From the NCBI GenBank assembly GCA_029258795.1, contig JAPDKB010000009.1, forward strand, positions 1 to 64,000: 64,000 nucleotides of DNA, in the 5' to 3' direction. Origin of the DNA: an archaeon. GTDB taxonomy: Archaea > EX4484-52 > WAPT01. The notes beneath the pieces were generated by a model. It saw nothing but the letters and a program-made list of their open reading frames with translations, was not told the origin of the DNA and ran no database searches. Below are positions 31,957 to 41,522 of this stretch, in pieces. The first letter of the stretch is position 1, and each line of letters starts with the position of its first letter. Both the position numbers and the translations under genes were made by a program.

Positions 31957-33387
31957 AGCAGGATTCGATATTTTCCTCCATCTTACACCGCGCGGCGTGT
32001 CGAAAACAAGCACACCTCTCTTTCTCAGCTCATCTCTTATCCTATCTGCTTCCTCAAACCTCCTTTCCTTTCTCAGCTTTTCCCTTTCTTCAATCATCTT
32101 CATTTCTTCCACGTCCAGCCCTTCACTCCTCTCAAAATCCTCAAAAATGCCGAGCACGCTTGCAAGCTTCAGGAACTGGTCAAGCATGTGCTCCATAGCT
32201 CTTCTACTTTTTCTTTCTTCAGAATTAACGTACTTGTTGATAAAGCTGGCGAATTCAACCAGCACTCTTGTTGCTCTTGAGGCATCAAAATCATCATCCA
32301 TAGCTTCCTCAAACTCCTTAACAAATCTGTCAACTTCCCTTATTGCATCTTCATCAACCCATCCATCATCTTCTGTTGCGTTAATTTCAGCATCGAGCAT
32401 TTCCAAAGCGTTCTCAAGTTTTCTGTAAAGCTTCTCAGAGTCCTTTATTGCCTTTTCATCGAAATCCACAGGGTCTCTGTAATGCACGCTTGCCAAGAAG
32501 AATCTCAGCACACGAGCATCATATTTCTGTAGGAGCTCCCTCATCGTCACTATGTTTCCCAAGCTCTTGCTCATTTTCTCTCCTTTTATTGTGACGAACT
32601 CGTTGTGCATCCAGTAACGCACAAAGGTCTTGCCCGTTGCTGCCTCGCTCTGAGCTATCTCATTTTCGTGATGCGGGAAGATGAGGTCCTTTCCCCCGCC
32701 ATGAATGTCCAGCGTCTCTCCTAGATACTTCATGCTCATGGCTGAACATTCTATATGCCATCCGGGCCTTCCCTTCCCCCAGGGCGAATCAAACACACTG
32801 CCAACTTTATAATCTTCATCCTTAGCGGCCTTCCACAAAGCAAAGTCCCTCACATCTCTTTTGCGCGAGTCTGGCTCTATTCTGTGGCGCTTCAGCTCTT
32901 CAAGATTCTGTTTGCTCAGCTTGCCATAGTCCTTGAAGGAAGGCACATGGAAATACACGGTGCCATCATCAAGCACGTAAGCGTGACCTCTCTCAATTAT
33001 CTTTTCAATCAACTCAACGATCTCCTTTATGTGCTCCGTGACCTTCGGATAGTGATGCGCTTTCTTTATGTTCAGGGGCTCCACTATATCCTCAAAGAAC
33101 GCCTTAATGAAGAATTCCGAAACTTCCTTGAAGCTTTTCCCCTCTTTCAGAGCACGATTTATTATTTTATCATCCACATCAGTGAAGTTCTGCACAAAAA
33201 CAACTTCGTATCCTCTGTATTCCAGCCATCTCCTTATAACATCGAATGCAACACAACTTCTAGCATGCCCTATGTGACTGTAGTCGTAAGGAGTTATACC
33301 ACACACATACATCCTTACCTTTCCTCCCTCAAGCGGAACGAATTCTTCCTTCTTTCTCGTCATGGTGTTATATATCTTAATGGGCAT
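31945..33387 (-). CDS. cysS: cysteinyl-tRNA synthetase
   Basis: MYVCGITPYD..HIGH, GRPGWHIECSAM, DLIFPHHENE, KMSKS. Confidence 0.97.
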   Translation of the reverse strand: MPIKIYNTMTRKKEEFVPLEGGKVRMYVCGITPYDYSHIGHARSCVAFDVIRRWLEYRGYEVVFVQNFTDVDDKIINRALKEGKSFKEVSEFFIKAFFEDIVEPLNIKKAHHYPKVTEHIKEIVELIEKIIERGHAYVLDDGTVYFHVPSFKDYGKLSKQNLEELKRHRIEPDSRKRDVRDFALWKAAKDEDYKVGSVFDSPWGKGRPGWHIECSAMSMKYLGETLDIHGGGKDLIFPHHENEIAQSEAATGKTFVRYWMHNEFVTIKGEKMSKSLGNIVTMRELLQKYDARVLRFFLASVHYRDPVDFDEKAIKDSEKLYRKLENALEMLDAEINATEDDGWVDEDAIREVDRFVKEFEEAMDDDFDASRATRVLVEFASFINKYVNSEERKSRRAMEHMLDQFLKLASVLGIFEDFERSEGLDVEEMKMIEEREKLRKERRFEEADRIRDELRKRGVLVFDTPRGVRWRKISNPASTP

Positions 33388-33441
33388 AAAAGCTGATTTT
33401 GAAAGGAAATTATAAAAGAATTGTTCTTCTCCACCTTCTCC

Positions 33442-33951
33442 ATGGAGTTCTTCTCCCACATCTATGAAAGCTGGCGCGAAATGCAATATGAAAAGTACGA
33501 AGCAATTTTTCGCGAGCTTGAGAGTGCTAACGCGAGTGTGCGGGGAAAAACCGTTGTGGATGTTGGATCTGCACAGGGCTTCCTAATCGATTTTATGAGG
33601 GGGCAGGGAATACAAACCAAGCTGTATGTGGGAGTGGATGTTGATAAAAGCGCGATACGAAAGCTGAATTCCCAGCTCAAAATTTTGGCGAGCGCGGAAG
33701 CATTGCCGTTTAAAGAAGAGGTGTTTGATGTGATGTTCTGTATAGATGTGATTCACCTTTTGAAGGATAAGCTTGATCTTTCTCCGGTGAAGGAGGATGG
33801 GGTGGTTGTGGTTGCTCTACCATCCAGACATGAGAGCAAGTTGCAGAGGTTTGTGGAAGATATGAGCGCTGAAGGAATGGAAATGTTGAGCTCTTTTTCA
33901 ATAGAAGGAAAAGAAAGGGAGTGTGTGGTGGTGCTGAGGAAGAAGCACTAG
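33442..33951 (+). CDS. class I SAM-dependent methyltransferase
   Basis: VVDVGSAQG motif I, GVDVD, AEALPF..EVFD. Confidence 0.8.
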   Translation: MEFFSHIYESWREMQYEKYEAIFRELESANASVRGKTVVDVGSAQGFLIDFMRGQGIQTKLYVGVDVDKSAIRKLNSQLKILASAEALPFKEEVFDVMFCIDVIHLLKDKLDLSPVKEDGVVVVALPSRHESKLQRFVEDMSAEGMEMLSSFSIEGKERECVVVLRKKH

Positions 33952-34259
33952 CATTGTTGCTGGAGTTTTGTTGCGATTTCTCTTAGCTCTGCAGGGCTGT
34001 AGCTCTCATTCCTGTCCAGAAGCCTGGAGTAAACCTCCTCCAGCCTGCTGACCACGCTGTGCTCGCCCCTGTAGAACGAGTTCCAGAGCTTACCCGCTTC
34101 CCTGTAGTTCTCCAGTGTGCGCTTCAGCTTTTCCACATCCACACCAACCCTCTCCAGAACATGTCCATCGTTTTCAAGCAGGGTTTCGATGCTGTTTAAC
34201 AAGTCCGCGTACGAGAAAAAGCTATACTTCTTGGCTCTTTCCGAGGATAAATCCATCAC
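33948..34259 (-). CDS. hypothetical protein
   Basis: 103-aa helical ORF with purine-rich RBS region. Confidence 0.55.
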   Translation of the reverse strand: MMDLSSERAKKYSFFSYADLLNSIETLLENDGHVLERVGVDVEKLKRTLENYREAGKLWNSFYRGEHSVVSRLEEVYSRLLDRNESYSPAELREIATKLQQQC

Positions 34260-34331
34260 CCTTCATCCCACTCACCCCCTCCAGATTTTCTCGACAGGTT
34301 GAGATGTTAGGAAAAAGAAGTTTATAAAGTT

Positions 34332-34757
34332 TTATCCACGCGCAAAAGGCAGATTCTTCATGATGCATACGCATCTGTACAGCTGCTCCAGCAGGACTAT
34401 TCTTGCAAGTTGATGTGAGAATGTTAATCTAGAGAGTGAAAGTGTGGAAGAGGCAAGCTCCTTTATACTTTCATCCACGCCGTGTTTACCACCTATGATG
34501 AATGTTATATCACTGTTCAGCTTTTCTTTCAAAAACTCGCAGAAGTCGTGAGAGTTGAACTCCTCACCCCTCTCATCCAGCAAAACAACATAACCTTTAA
34601 GGTATTTCTTTATTTTTTCCGCTTCCTCCTCCACACTCCTGCCTTCCTTGAGCTCAACGATTTCAATCTTGAGGTGGGGCTGGAGAAGCGCCAGATAATG
34701 TCCCTGAGCATCCCGAAAATGGGATTTTAACTTACCCACACAAACAATTCTGGTCAT
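34332..34757 (-). CDS. rlmH: 23S rRNA (pseudouridine1915-N3)-methyltransferase RlmH
   Basis: VCVGKLK, LDERGEEFNS, FIIGGKHG, SLSRLTFSHQLARIVLLEQLYR. Confidence 0.9.
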   Translation of the reverse strand: MTRIVCVGKLKSHFRDAQGHYLALLQPHLKIEIVELKEGRSVEEEAEKIKKYLKGYVVLLDERGEEFNSHDFCEFLKEKLNSDITFIIGGKHGVDESIKELASSTLSLSRLTFSHQLARIVLLEQLYRCVCIMKNLPFARG

Positions 34758-34780
34758 TCAGAAACACCACAAAAACTGTT

Positions 34781-34899
34781 TGGTGCCCCCGCCGGGATTT
34801 TCAGCCGCTTATTCTCTCTCGAAGTAGAGCATGACGGCATTTGAACCCGGGTCATCGGCTCGAGAGGCCGATATCCTTGCCTGGCTAGACTACGGGGGC
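34781..34899 (-). tRNA. tRNA-Glu(CTC) with 42-nt intron at 59/60 (34798-34839)
   Basis: CT-CTC-GA loop, CCA; strict BHB TTCA:TGAA with GCCGT:GCGGC. Confidence 0.93.
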
Positions 34900-34946
34900 A
34901 CAATAACTTGTATTAAAAAAGCAGGAGAATTTTAAATGTTTCGTCT

Positions 34947-35174
34947 TCACTTCTTACCTCTGCTCTCCGCCGGAAGCAAGAATCTGCGGTACAACGCTAT
35001 CTCATCAATGAAGTCCTTATGGGTTATCATCAAACTTCTGCAGCAATACCTTGTTATTCCGAGTTCGTCCAGCACTTTAGAAGGATGCTTTCCCTTCTTG
35101 ACTTCCTGCTGAAACTTTTCCCATTTGTCAGCAAGCACCTTCCCACAGGAGATGCATCTTATGGGTATGATCAC
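34947..35174 (-). CDS. rpoN: RNA polymerase subunit Rpo10 (N)
   Basis: IIPIRCISCGK...RYCCR. Confidence 0.96.
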   Translation of the reverse strand: MIIPIRCISCGKVLADKWEKFQQEVKKGKHPSKVLDELGITRYCCRSLMITHKDFIDEIALYRRFLLPAESRGKK

Positions 35175-35227
35175 GATATCTCACCTCACAGATTAAAGGT
35201 GTAAATAGGGGGATGGAAATATCCCCA

Positions 35228-35635
35228 TCATCTGTAGCTGGTCTGTTTGATTCTTCTCGGACCCTTCTTTGACCTTGATGGTTTGTGGGGCTCTGTTCTT
35301 CTCGGATCGTAAACAAGCATACCCCTGTCATATTCGAGGAACTTCTTCTTCAAGCTCTCGCTTTTGGTCAGTCTGACCAAAGCCCTCGCTATCGCCATCC
35401 TTATCGCTTCAGCTTGAGCATTAATCCCACCGCCTTTCACCACAATATCCATGTCCACCTTCTTTATCTTATCCTCTCCAGCTATTATTATGGGCTCCAT
35501 GATCTTCAGCTTCAGCATTTCGGGCTTGTAAATATCAAGCAACATCTTGTTTATTCTTATGGTTCCACTCCCCTCCCTAACATACGCTCTTGCTACAGCC
35601 GTCTTTCTCTTACCTGTTGTAACAAAAGGTTTCAT
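35228..35635 (-). CDS. rps9: ribosomal protein uS9
   Basis: GKRKTAVARA, GGG..QAEAIR, C-terminal QTSYR. Confidence 0.96.
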   Translation of the reverse strand: MKPFVTTGKRKTAVARAYVREGSGTIRINKMLLDIYKPEMLKLKIMEPIIIAGEDKIKKVDMDIVVKGGGINAQAEAIRMAIARALVRLTKSESLKKKFLEYDRGMLVYDPRRTEPHKPSRSKKGPRRIKQTSYR

Positions 35636-35639
35636 AGTA

Positions 35640-36056
35640 TCACCACCTTGCACCCAACCATCTTGCAATGTCCTCAATTCTCACGAACTTCCTATCTCTG
35701 AGCTTGTCTGCGGTCCATTCGAGCTTGATCTTCTCAGCATCCTTATACTCGTCAGGTACGCCGATAAAGACCTTCACCCTTTTATATGCCTCTTTGCCGC
35801 GTGTTGTTTTGTATGGAAGCATCCCGCGTATTGCTCTTCTCACAATCCTATCGGGCATTCTGGGGAAAAACGGACCCTTGTATCTGTCTCCCACATCCCT
35901 TCTGGTTTTGTACTTATCTTTTATGTTCTCTTCATTCCCGCTTATTATGGCTTTTTCAGCATTAACTATAACGATTGTCTCTCCCTCCAGAGCTTTCTTC
36001 GCCACAAATGATGCCATCCTTCCCAAAATGGTGTCTGTAGCGTCTATAACCATCAT
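35640..36056 (-). CDS. rpl13: ribosomal protein uL13
   Basis: IDA..ILGRMAS, GPFFPRMPD..RGMLP. Confidence 0.96.
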   Translation of the reverse strand: MMVIDATDTILGRMASFVAKKALEGETIVIVNAEKAIISGNEENIKDKYKTRRDVGDRYKGPFFPRMPDRIVRRAIRGMLPYKTTRGKEAYKRVKVFIGVPDEYKDAEKIKLEWTADKLRDRKFVRIEDIARWLGARW

Positions 36057-36063
36057 TTTTCAT

Positions 36064-36432
36064 TCACCCTTTCATCAACCTTACTCCGCTTCCATTAGGG
36101 TTCTGTTCCAACAGGTCTCTTATAGGGAGCCACTTTCCTCCCGCTTCCTCAACTTTTTTTATGGCCGAAGGTGAAGCATCAAGTGATGCAACCACAAGTT
36201 TTTTGGTGAGATTCCCACCACCAAGCAGCTTGCCTGCCACAACAACAATCTCTCCTTCATTGCAGTACCTTTCCAGCTTTCCAACGTTTACGGGCTTCTT
36301 AATCCTTCTTGGCCTCTCAAGCTCATCTGCAAGCGCTCTCCACACCGGAGCTTTATTCTTCACGCTTGCTTTCCTCAATACCCTTATCAGCTCCCTCAAC
36401 ACAGGGTTGGTAGGGCCGGTCGGTTTCATCAT
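36064..36432 (-). CDS. rpl18e: ribosomal protein eL18
   Basis: TGPTNP, VNVGKL, VVAGKLLGGG. Confidence 0.95.
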   Translation of the reverse strand: MMKPTGPTNPVLRELIRVLRKASVKNKAPVWRALADELERPRRIKKPVNVGKLERYCNEGEIVVVAGKLLGGGNLTKKLVVASLDASPSAIKKVEEAGGKWLPIRDLLEQNPNGSGVRLMKG

Positions 36433-36450
36433 GCCACCTCCATAGCTGTA

Positions 36451-36570
36451 TGGTGCAGGGGGTGGGATTTCCACGCTTCCGTGCAATTATCGGAAGCGGT
36501 TCGAACCCACGACGGGCCTGCGCCCACCGGATCTTAAGTCCGGCGCCTTTGACCTCTCGGCCACCCCTGC
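36451..36570 (-). tRNA. tRNA-Leu(TAA) with 32-nt intron at 59/60 (36468-36499)
   Basis: CT-TAA-GA loop, variable arm, CCA; intron stem CGCTTCCG:CGGAAGCG. Confidence 0.92.
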
Positions 36571-36611
36571 ACAGCCCAGCAATCTTCACTTTTTGTGTAT
36601 GATTTTTAAAT

Positions 36612-37421
36612 TCATTTAAGCTGAGCTTTAACCTTCTCCTCAAACTCGTTTATTCTTTCAATCACACCTTGCACAGCATTCATCACTATCTGTGCAGGGG
36701 TCAGGCCGGAAACGCTTTCAACGTTGAATATGATGTGTGAAGAGTCTCCACGCACCTTTATCTTGCCTTCCGATCTCTCCTCACACAGTCCGCAGAGATC
36801 ACAGAGATAAGGATCTTTCAACACAGCTTTTCCGTCCTTGATTTCCAGAGCTCCTCTCGGGCAGAGCTTTTTAGCATCCACCTTTCCATCGAGCTTTTCG
36901 CTCTCCACAACAGGGAAGTACTGATAACCAACGACAGCGCTCTGCCATCTCGCATGTCTCGTTGCCTTGTCGAGTATTGCAACGGCTTCCAGCTCAATCT
37001 CCTGTCCTTCAAGCAGCTTGACTATTATCTCATCTCCATAGACGGGAGCAACATCCGGATTGTTCGACACAAGGTCTTTAGCATAGACCACACAGGGCCC
37101 CTTTTTCTTGAGCAGGAGCTTTGCGGTACATTTCATACAACCTTCTTCCTTGTTGCAATCACACTTCTCTCTCGGCACGTAGCGAAGCGGATCGAATTTT
37201 AGAGGGATAAGTCCTATTCTGTGTGCAAGAAGCTCGTTGTAAAGAGCGGAAGTGTTCTTGATAATGTCCACAAACTCCACTGCCATCACATAAACCTCGC
37301 TGTACATGGCTCTCCTTATAGCGTTCGCTATTGCAGGATTTATTCCCTTAACCTCAAACCTGATCTTCTCACCATCATCCTCAAGAATTTTAACATCAAA
37401 TCCGCTCTTGGCTTTTACCAT
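36612..37421 (-). CDS. rpoD: RNA polymerase subunit Rpo3 (D) with ferredoxin-like domain
   Basis: ANAIRR, ELLAHRIGLIP, HARWQ, CPRGAL...CDLCGLC. Confidence 0.96.
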   Translation of the reverse strand: MVKAKSGFDVKILEDDGEKIRFEVKGINPAIANAIRRAMYSEVYVMAVEFVDIIKNTSALYNELLAHRIGLIPLKFDPLRYVPREKCDCNKEEGCMKCTAKLLLKKKGPCVVYAKDLVSNNPDVAPVYGDEIIVKLLEGQEIELEAVAILDKATRHARWQSAVVGYQYFPVVESEKLDGKVDAKKLCPRGALEIKDGKAVLKDPYLCDLCGLCEERSEGKIKVRGDSSHIIFNVESVSGLTPAQIVMNAVQGVIERINEFEEKVKAQLK

Positions 37422-37426
37422 TCACA

Positions 37427-37840
37427 TCACACTCTCCTTCCTCTTCTTCCGCCGGGCTTTCTGGTTCTGTCGTGCGGAATGGGAGTCACATCCTCAATCT
37501 TACCGATCTTCAATCCTGCCTGAATAAGGGCTCTTATTGCTGGCTGAGCTCCCGGACCGGGTATTTTGGAGAGATGGCCTCCCGGAGCCCTGACGCGCAC
37601 GTGCACAGCAGTTATTCCCTTTTCAAGCGCTTCTTCAGCAGCCCTCTTGGCAGCGAGCATGGCCTGGTATGGTGCACCCTTCAACCTGCCCTTATCGGTA
37701 ACAAATCCACCCGAAACACGGGAAATCGTGTATGCTCCAGTAATGTCGGTTATGTGAACTATGGTGTTGTTAAAGCTGCTGTAGATGTGAGCTATTCCCC
37801 ACCTTTCCTGCTTTTCTTTTGTTGTCTTAGCTTTAGCCAT
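37427..37840 (-). CDS. rps11: ribosomal protein uS11
   Basis: [33 protein letters not shown]. Confidence 0.97.
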   Translation of the reverse strand: MAKAKTTKEKQERWGIAHIYSSFNNTIVHITDITGAYTISRVSGGFVTDKGRLKGAPYQAMLAAKRAAEEALEKGITAVHVRVRAPGGHLSKIPGPGAQPAIRALIQAGLKIGKIEDVTPIPHDRTRKPGGRRGRRV

Positions 37841-37860
37841 CCACCATCACCACTTTTTCA

Positions 37861-38412
37861 TCAGCTGCCTTCTCCACCGGCTTGTTCACCACCGCTTTTC
37901 TGCTCCGCAAAAAGACCGAAACCCTTCTCATACATCTCCTTAACAGAGGAATTCGGATGGAAATCTATCGAGTTTTCCTTATCTATGTTCACGATGTATC
38001 CCGGAGAGACAACACGCTGTCCATCCACAACTATGTGTCCATGAACTATGAACTGCCTTGCCTGCTTTATGGTTCTGGCAAGACCCTTTCTGTAAACAAG
38101 TGTCTGCAACCTTCTTTCAAGCAGGTCCTTGACGGTTATATCCAGAATGTCGTCAAGTGTTGCATCCTCTTTTACAAGACCCATCTCATAAGCTTTCCTT
38201 ATAAGAATCTTCTCTGCTTCCTCGTCAGGATTTGCGATGAGCTGCCTTGCTCTCCTTCTGAGCTTTCTCACTAGCTCTTCGGCTCTCCTTATCTCCTTCT
38301 TCCTTCTGAGCCCGTATATCCTCATCAACTTCCTTTCTTCTCTAATCCTTTCAGCATCCCATCTTTTGCGCGGGGATTTCCACTTTCTCTTCAGCTTGCG
38401 CGGATCACCCAT
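37861..38412 (-). CDS. rps4: ribosomal protein uS4
   Basis: [22 protein letters not shown]. Confidence 0.97.
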   Translation of the reverse strand: MGDPRKLKRKWKSPRKRWDAERIREERKLMRIYGLRRKKEIRRAEELVRKLRRRARQLIANPDEEAEKILIRKAYEMGLVKEDATLDDILDITVKDLLERRLQTLVYRKGLARTIKQARQFIVHGHIVVDGQRVVSPGYIVNIDKENSIDFHPNSSVKEMYEKGFGLFAEQKSGGEQAGGEGS

Positions 38413-38426
38413 ATATCAACACCACA

Positions 38427-38885
38427 TCACTTCTTCTTTCTCTGCACACCAACAGTCATACCCTTCCTGAATCCGGTTCTCGTGCGCTGCCCTCTTACAG
38501 GCAGACCCATCTGGTGTCTCACTCCTCTGTAGCACTTAATTCTCATGAGTCGTGTTATGTCTTCCTTAACCCTCAGGTCGAGGTCAACTCCAACCAGATG
38601 CTCGTCCTTTCCTGTCTCTCTATCCTTCCTCCTGTTGAGCATCCATACGGGCATGCCATACTTGAGAGGGTCTTTAAGAGCATCCTCGATCTTCTTTATT
38701 TCCTCCTCGCTAAGCTCCTTCAGTTTCTTCTTCTCATCTATACCCAGAAGCCTGACCAACGCTCTTGCGAAATTGTAGCCAACACCCTTTATTCCCTGCA
38801 GAGCCATGTAAACATACCTATTTCCATCCAGATCCGTACCAGCAATACGTACGACCTCTTCAGCTCTTATTTCCTTTGCAGCCAT
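38427..38885 (-). CDS. rps13: ribosomal protein uS13
   Basis: IKGVG, YRGVRH..GLPVRGQRT. Confidence 0.97.
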   Translation of the reverse strand: MAAKEIRAEEVVRIAGTDLDGNRYVYMALQGIKGVGYNFARALVRLLGIDEKKKLKELSEEEIKKIEDALKDPLKYGMPVWMLNRRKDRETGKDEHLVGVDLDLRVKEDITRLMRIKCYRGVRHQMGLPVRGQRTRTGFRKGMTVGVQRKKK

Positions 38886-38894
38886 CTTCACACC

Positions 38895-38978
38895 TCGCGA
38901 AACCCAACGAGTTCTTCCCGCCAGAAACGACCCGGATTTATGCCCCCGCAGCTTTTTCCCGGAGGCAACCGGGCCACG
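38895..38978 (-). promoter_or_regulatory. GC-rich structured 5' leader of the uS13 operon
   Basis: CCCGG-TTGCCT-CCGGG hairpin with alternative pairing to downstream CCGGGTC; GC-rich island next to AT-rich DNA. Confidence 0.45.
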
Positions 38979-39145
38979 AAAATAACTTCCTCAATTTTAA
39001 TTCAAAAACGTGACAATTTATACTCACATAAAATTTAAAAAGGTTTTCAAATGTTCAAGCTGAAATTCCGGACAGAGGATGTTTTTCTTTATTAATGCCT
39101 TATTAATGATAAAAGTTTAAAAATATGCCAATACAAATGTGCCGC

Positions 39146-39730
39146 ATGAAACTTGCGCCTAAAAATTTTGATGATGTTGAAATTGTCAAGGAATGCTTGA
39201 TCACGAGTTATAATCTTCACCATACCATCGAGATTGAGGGGAAAGCAGTAGGGGTTGCCGATTATTGGCCCAATATCAGAGAAAACATAGAGAGATTTTC
39301 CAAGTTTCTTTTTGAAACGGATAGGGGCGAGGGAACTATAATTTCGTGTAGCGAGTTGTATGATGGTGTGCGTGAGATAGTTATGCTCACAGAAATCAGG
39401 GAGATAACGGGTTTGACACCAAACTCAACCATTTATTTCGGAGGAAAAGCGGAGTTCCACCCAACGTTGGAGAAAATTTCTGCATCCTATAATCCTTACC
39501 CTCCCACCGTGCCAAGATACTCGTGGTGCGTGCTGGAATACATAATCCCTCCGGCAGATTCAACCTTCATCCTTACATCATCGAAAAAATTGGACGAAAT
39601 TTCGGAGAAAGAGTTGGAAGGGTTTGAGCGACAGCTGGAAATAAAGGATGAATTGTTGAAAAAACTCCAGGAAACATACATAAAAAAGAAGGAGCGCGTT
39701 AACTTTGAAATCAACAAACTTTATGTATAG
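39146..39730 (+). CDS. hypothetical protein
   Basis: open ORF downstream of TTTAAAA box; no recognised family. Confidence 0.6.
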   Translation: MKLAPKNFDDVEIVKECLITSYNLHHTIEIEGKAVGVADYWPNIRENIERFSKFLFETDRGEGTIISCSELYDGVREIVMLTEIREITGLTPNSTIYFGGKAEFHPTLEKISASYNPYPPTVPRYSWCVLEYIIPPADSTFILTSSKKLDEISEKELEGFERQLEIKDELLKKLQETYIKKKERVNFEINKLYV

Positions 39731-39852
39731 ATAAAAGTTTGGCACCGCGGGCAAACCCAAGGAACCGCCAGCAGGGCCCCTCTCCCCATACGAGGTTTGC
39801 AATTTACTCTTTAGGTTCTAGGGCTGAAGAACTTTATAAAGTTTGTTCTGAG

Positions 39853-40410
39853 TCATAAATCTCCGAATCTAAAAACTTCCAACTTCCGTTCCTTCAGATC
39901 CATTAGAAAAAACTTGAAATCATCGGATATGGTGATTTCAAAGAGGGATTTGTTTCTGCGCATCCAATCAACAAATTTCCTATCCGTTGTAAGAAACCCA
40001 TCAAGCCGGTTAGATACTGCTGTCAGCAGATGAAGAAGATCGTAGGTTTTCACGTTCTTTGTTAGCATTCCGAGAATCTTTTTATTCGCGAAAAGAAACA
40101 TCACATCACTCTCAACACCAACCCTTTCAAACCTGCTGAGGAAACTGGCAAATTCCTTTCCGAATTTTCTGAAGAAGGCTTCCGCTCTTTTCTTGGGATC
40201 TTCTATTACATCTCCGCAGAATTTCTTTATTATTTCCTTCTCCTTTTTCTTATAAAGAATCGTGAAGAAGAACTCTTCAAGCGTGAAGGGAGAGATACAG
40301 AAGGCCACATCTGCTTCCTTACCGAGCTCTTTTTCGATAATCTTCCATCCTTCTTGGGAGAAGAGAGCCATAAAGCCAGAAGTATCCAGATAAACTCTCA
40401 CACCGCTCAC
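39853..40410 (-). CDS. PIN domain (VapC-like) ribonuclease
   Basis: VYLDTS, SPFTLEE, YDLLHL, FLTTDRKF. Confidence 0.85.
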   Translation of the reverse strand: MSGVRVYLDTSGFMALFSQEGWKIIEKELGKEADVAFCISPFTLEEFFFTILYKKKEKEIIKKFCGDVIEDPKKRAEAFFRKFGKEFASFLSRFERVGVESDVMFLFANKKILGMLTKNVKTYDLLHLLTAVSNRLDGFLTTDRKFVDWMRRNKSLFEITISDDFKFFLMDLKERKLEVFRFGDL

Positions 40411-41099
40411 CGTCCTACCATGACGGGGATCCTCTCAGCATATTCCTTAAGTTCAACTACACCTCCCCTTCCGGGAGAGAACAGGTGAATGAATGTATGG
40501 AATATTCCTGTCAGCCGAGAAAGCTGCATGAGATTCATTCTCCTGTAACCACGGAAAGCAAGGTATAAAGCTATTATCGGCGCTTCGAAGATTATTATCT
40601 TTTCAGGGAACTTCTCAAATCCTTCTTCTGCCAGGGACAGATATTTCTCCTTCTTCATTTTTCTCAGTAGTTCGTAATCCATTCTTATCATTTTCGGATA
40701 CTCCTCGAGAACAGAGGCGAGATAGTATGATAGCGGATATATATCATCGGTTCTTCTGATCATTCCCTCAATTTTCTTCAGCTTTTCCTCAAAATCCCTG
40801 AACTCCCTCTCAGAAATTTCAACTGCTTTTATTGCTGTGTAATTCTTCCTCATTTTTTCCATGGTTTCCTCAGCATACTCTCTGAGCATCCCCCTATAAT
40901 CGGGAGAGTTCAGAATTTCGAATATTCTGGAGAGGTGAACCTCTATCTTATTCAGAGCCATTTCAGTTTCCTTAGATCTTCTTGCAGATTTCATATACCC
41001 AAGTCTGAATATCTCTGTGGGATACTCTCCCATTTTCTCTTTTAGCAAAGGCCTGTAAGCAAGAATCGAAGCAATTGCAACTTCTTGAACTTTCATCAT
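40407..41099 (-). CDS. hypothetical helical protein coupled to the PIN gene (putative antitoxin/partner)
   Basis: GTGA overlap with PIN gene; start placed at ATG 41099 downstream of TATATA box. Confidence 0.6.
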   Translation of the reverse strand: MMKVQEVAIASILAYRPLLKEKMGEYPTEIFRLGYMKSARRSKETEMALNKIEVHLSRIFEILNSPDYRGMLREYAEETMEKMRKNYTAIKAVEISEREFRDFEEKLKKIEGMIRRTDDIYPLSYYLASVLEEYPKMIRMDYELLRKMKKEKYLSLAEEGFEKFPEKIIIFEAPIIALYLAFRGYRRMNLMQLSRLTGIFHTFIHLFSPGRGGVVELKEYAERIPVMVGR

Positions 41100-41304
41100 G
41101 AATATTGTTAGGAACAAAAGTAATATATATGTATTTGGCAAATCCAAATTCTTGCTCTCATCGAAGAAGTTTATAATGTTTGGCATTTCTCGGTGGGAGG
41201 TCGAGCTACCATCATATAACTTCTTAATACCCTTCAATTTATCCTGAGTACGGTGTGTTCATACCACCAAATCCAAAAACCTTTCCAAATAAATTATTAT
41301 ATTG

Positions 41305-41469
41305 TTAGAACTCTCTATCATGAAAAAAGCGTTCTTTTGAGCAAGGAAGAAATTTTATCTCCAGAATTTCTCCTATGAGCTGTTTGTTTCTTTCAGAAAT
41401 GTTCGAACCCCTCAGAAGCTTGAGAGCATGTTCGTATCTTCTCCCGTATCCGTGAATGTCCTCGTTCAT
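41305..41469 (-). pseudogene. N-terminal fragment of an archaeal tyrosine integrase
   Basis: MNEDIHGYGRRYEHALKLLRGSNISERNKQLI resembles the DIHxY...ISERNK N-termini of archaeal site-specific integrases; stops after 54 aa; adjacent to tRNA 3' end. Confidence 0.6.
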
Positions 41470-41522
41470 ACATAATGGAGTTTCCCTGGTCATAGATTGG
41501 GGGAGGCTCCGCTGGTTGCAAT

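Noticed and set aside
38895-38978. Possible 5S rRNA or tRNA
   Set aside because: Too short, lacking 5S conserved motifs and a cloverleaf; treated as an mRNA leader
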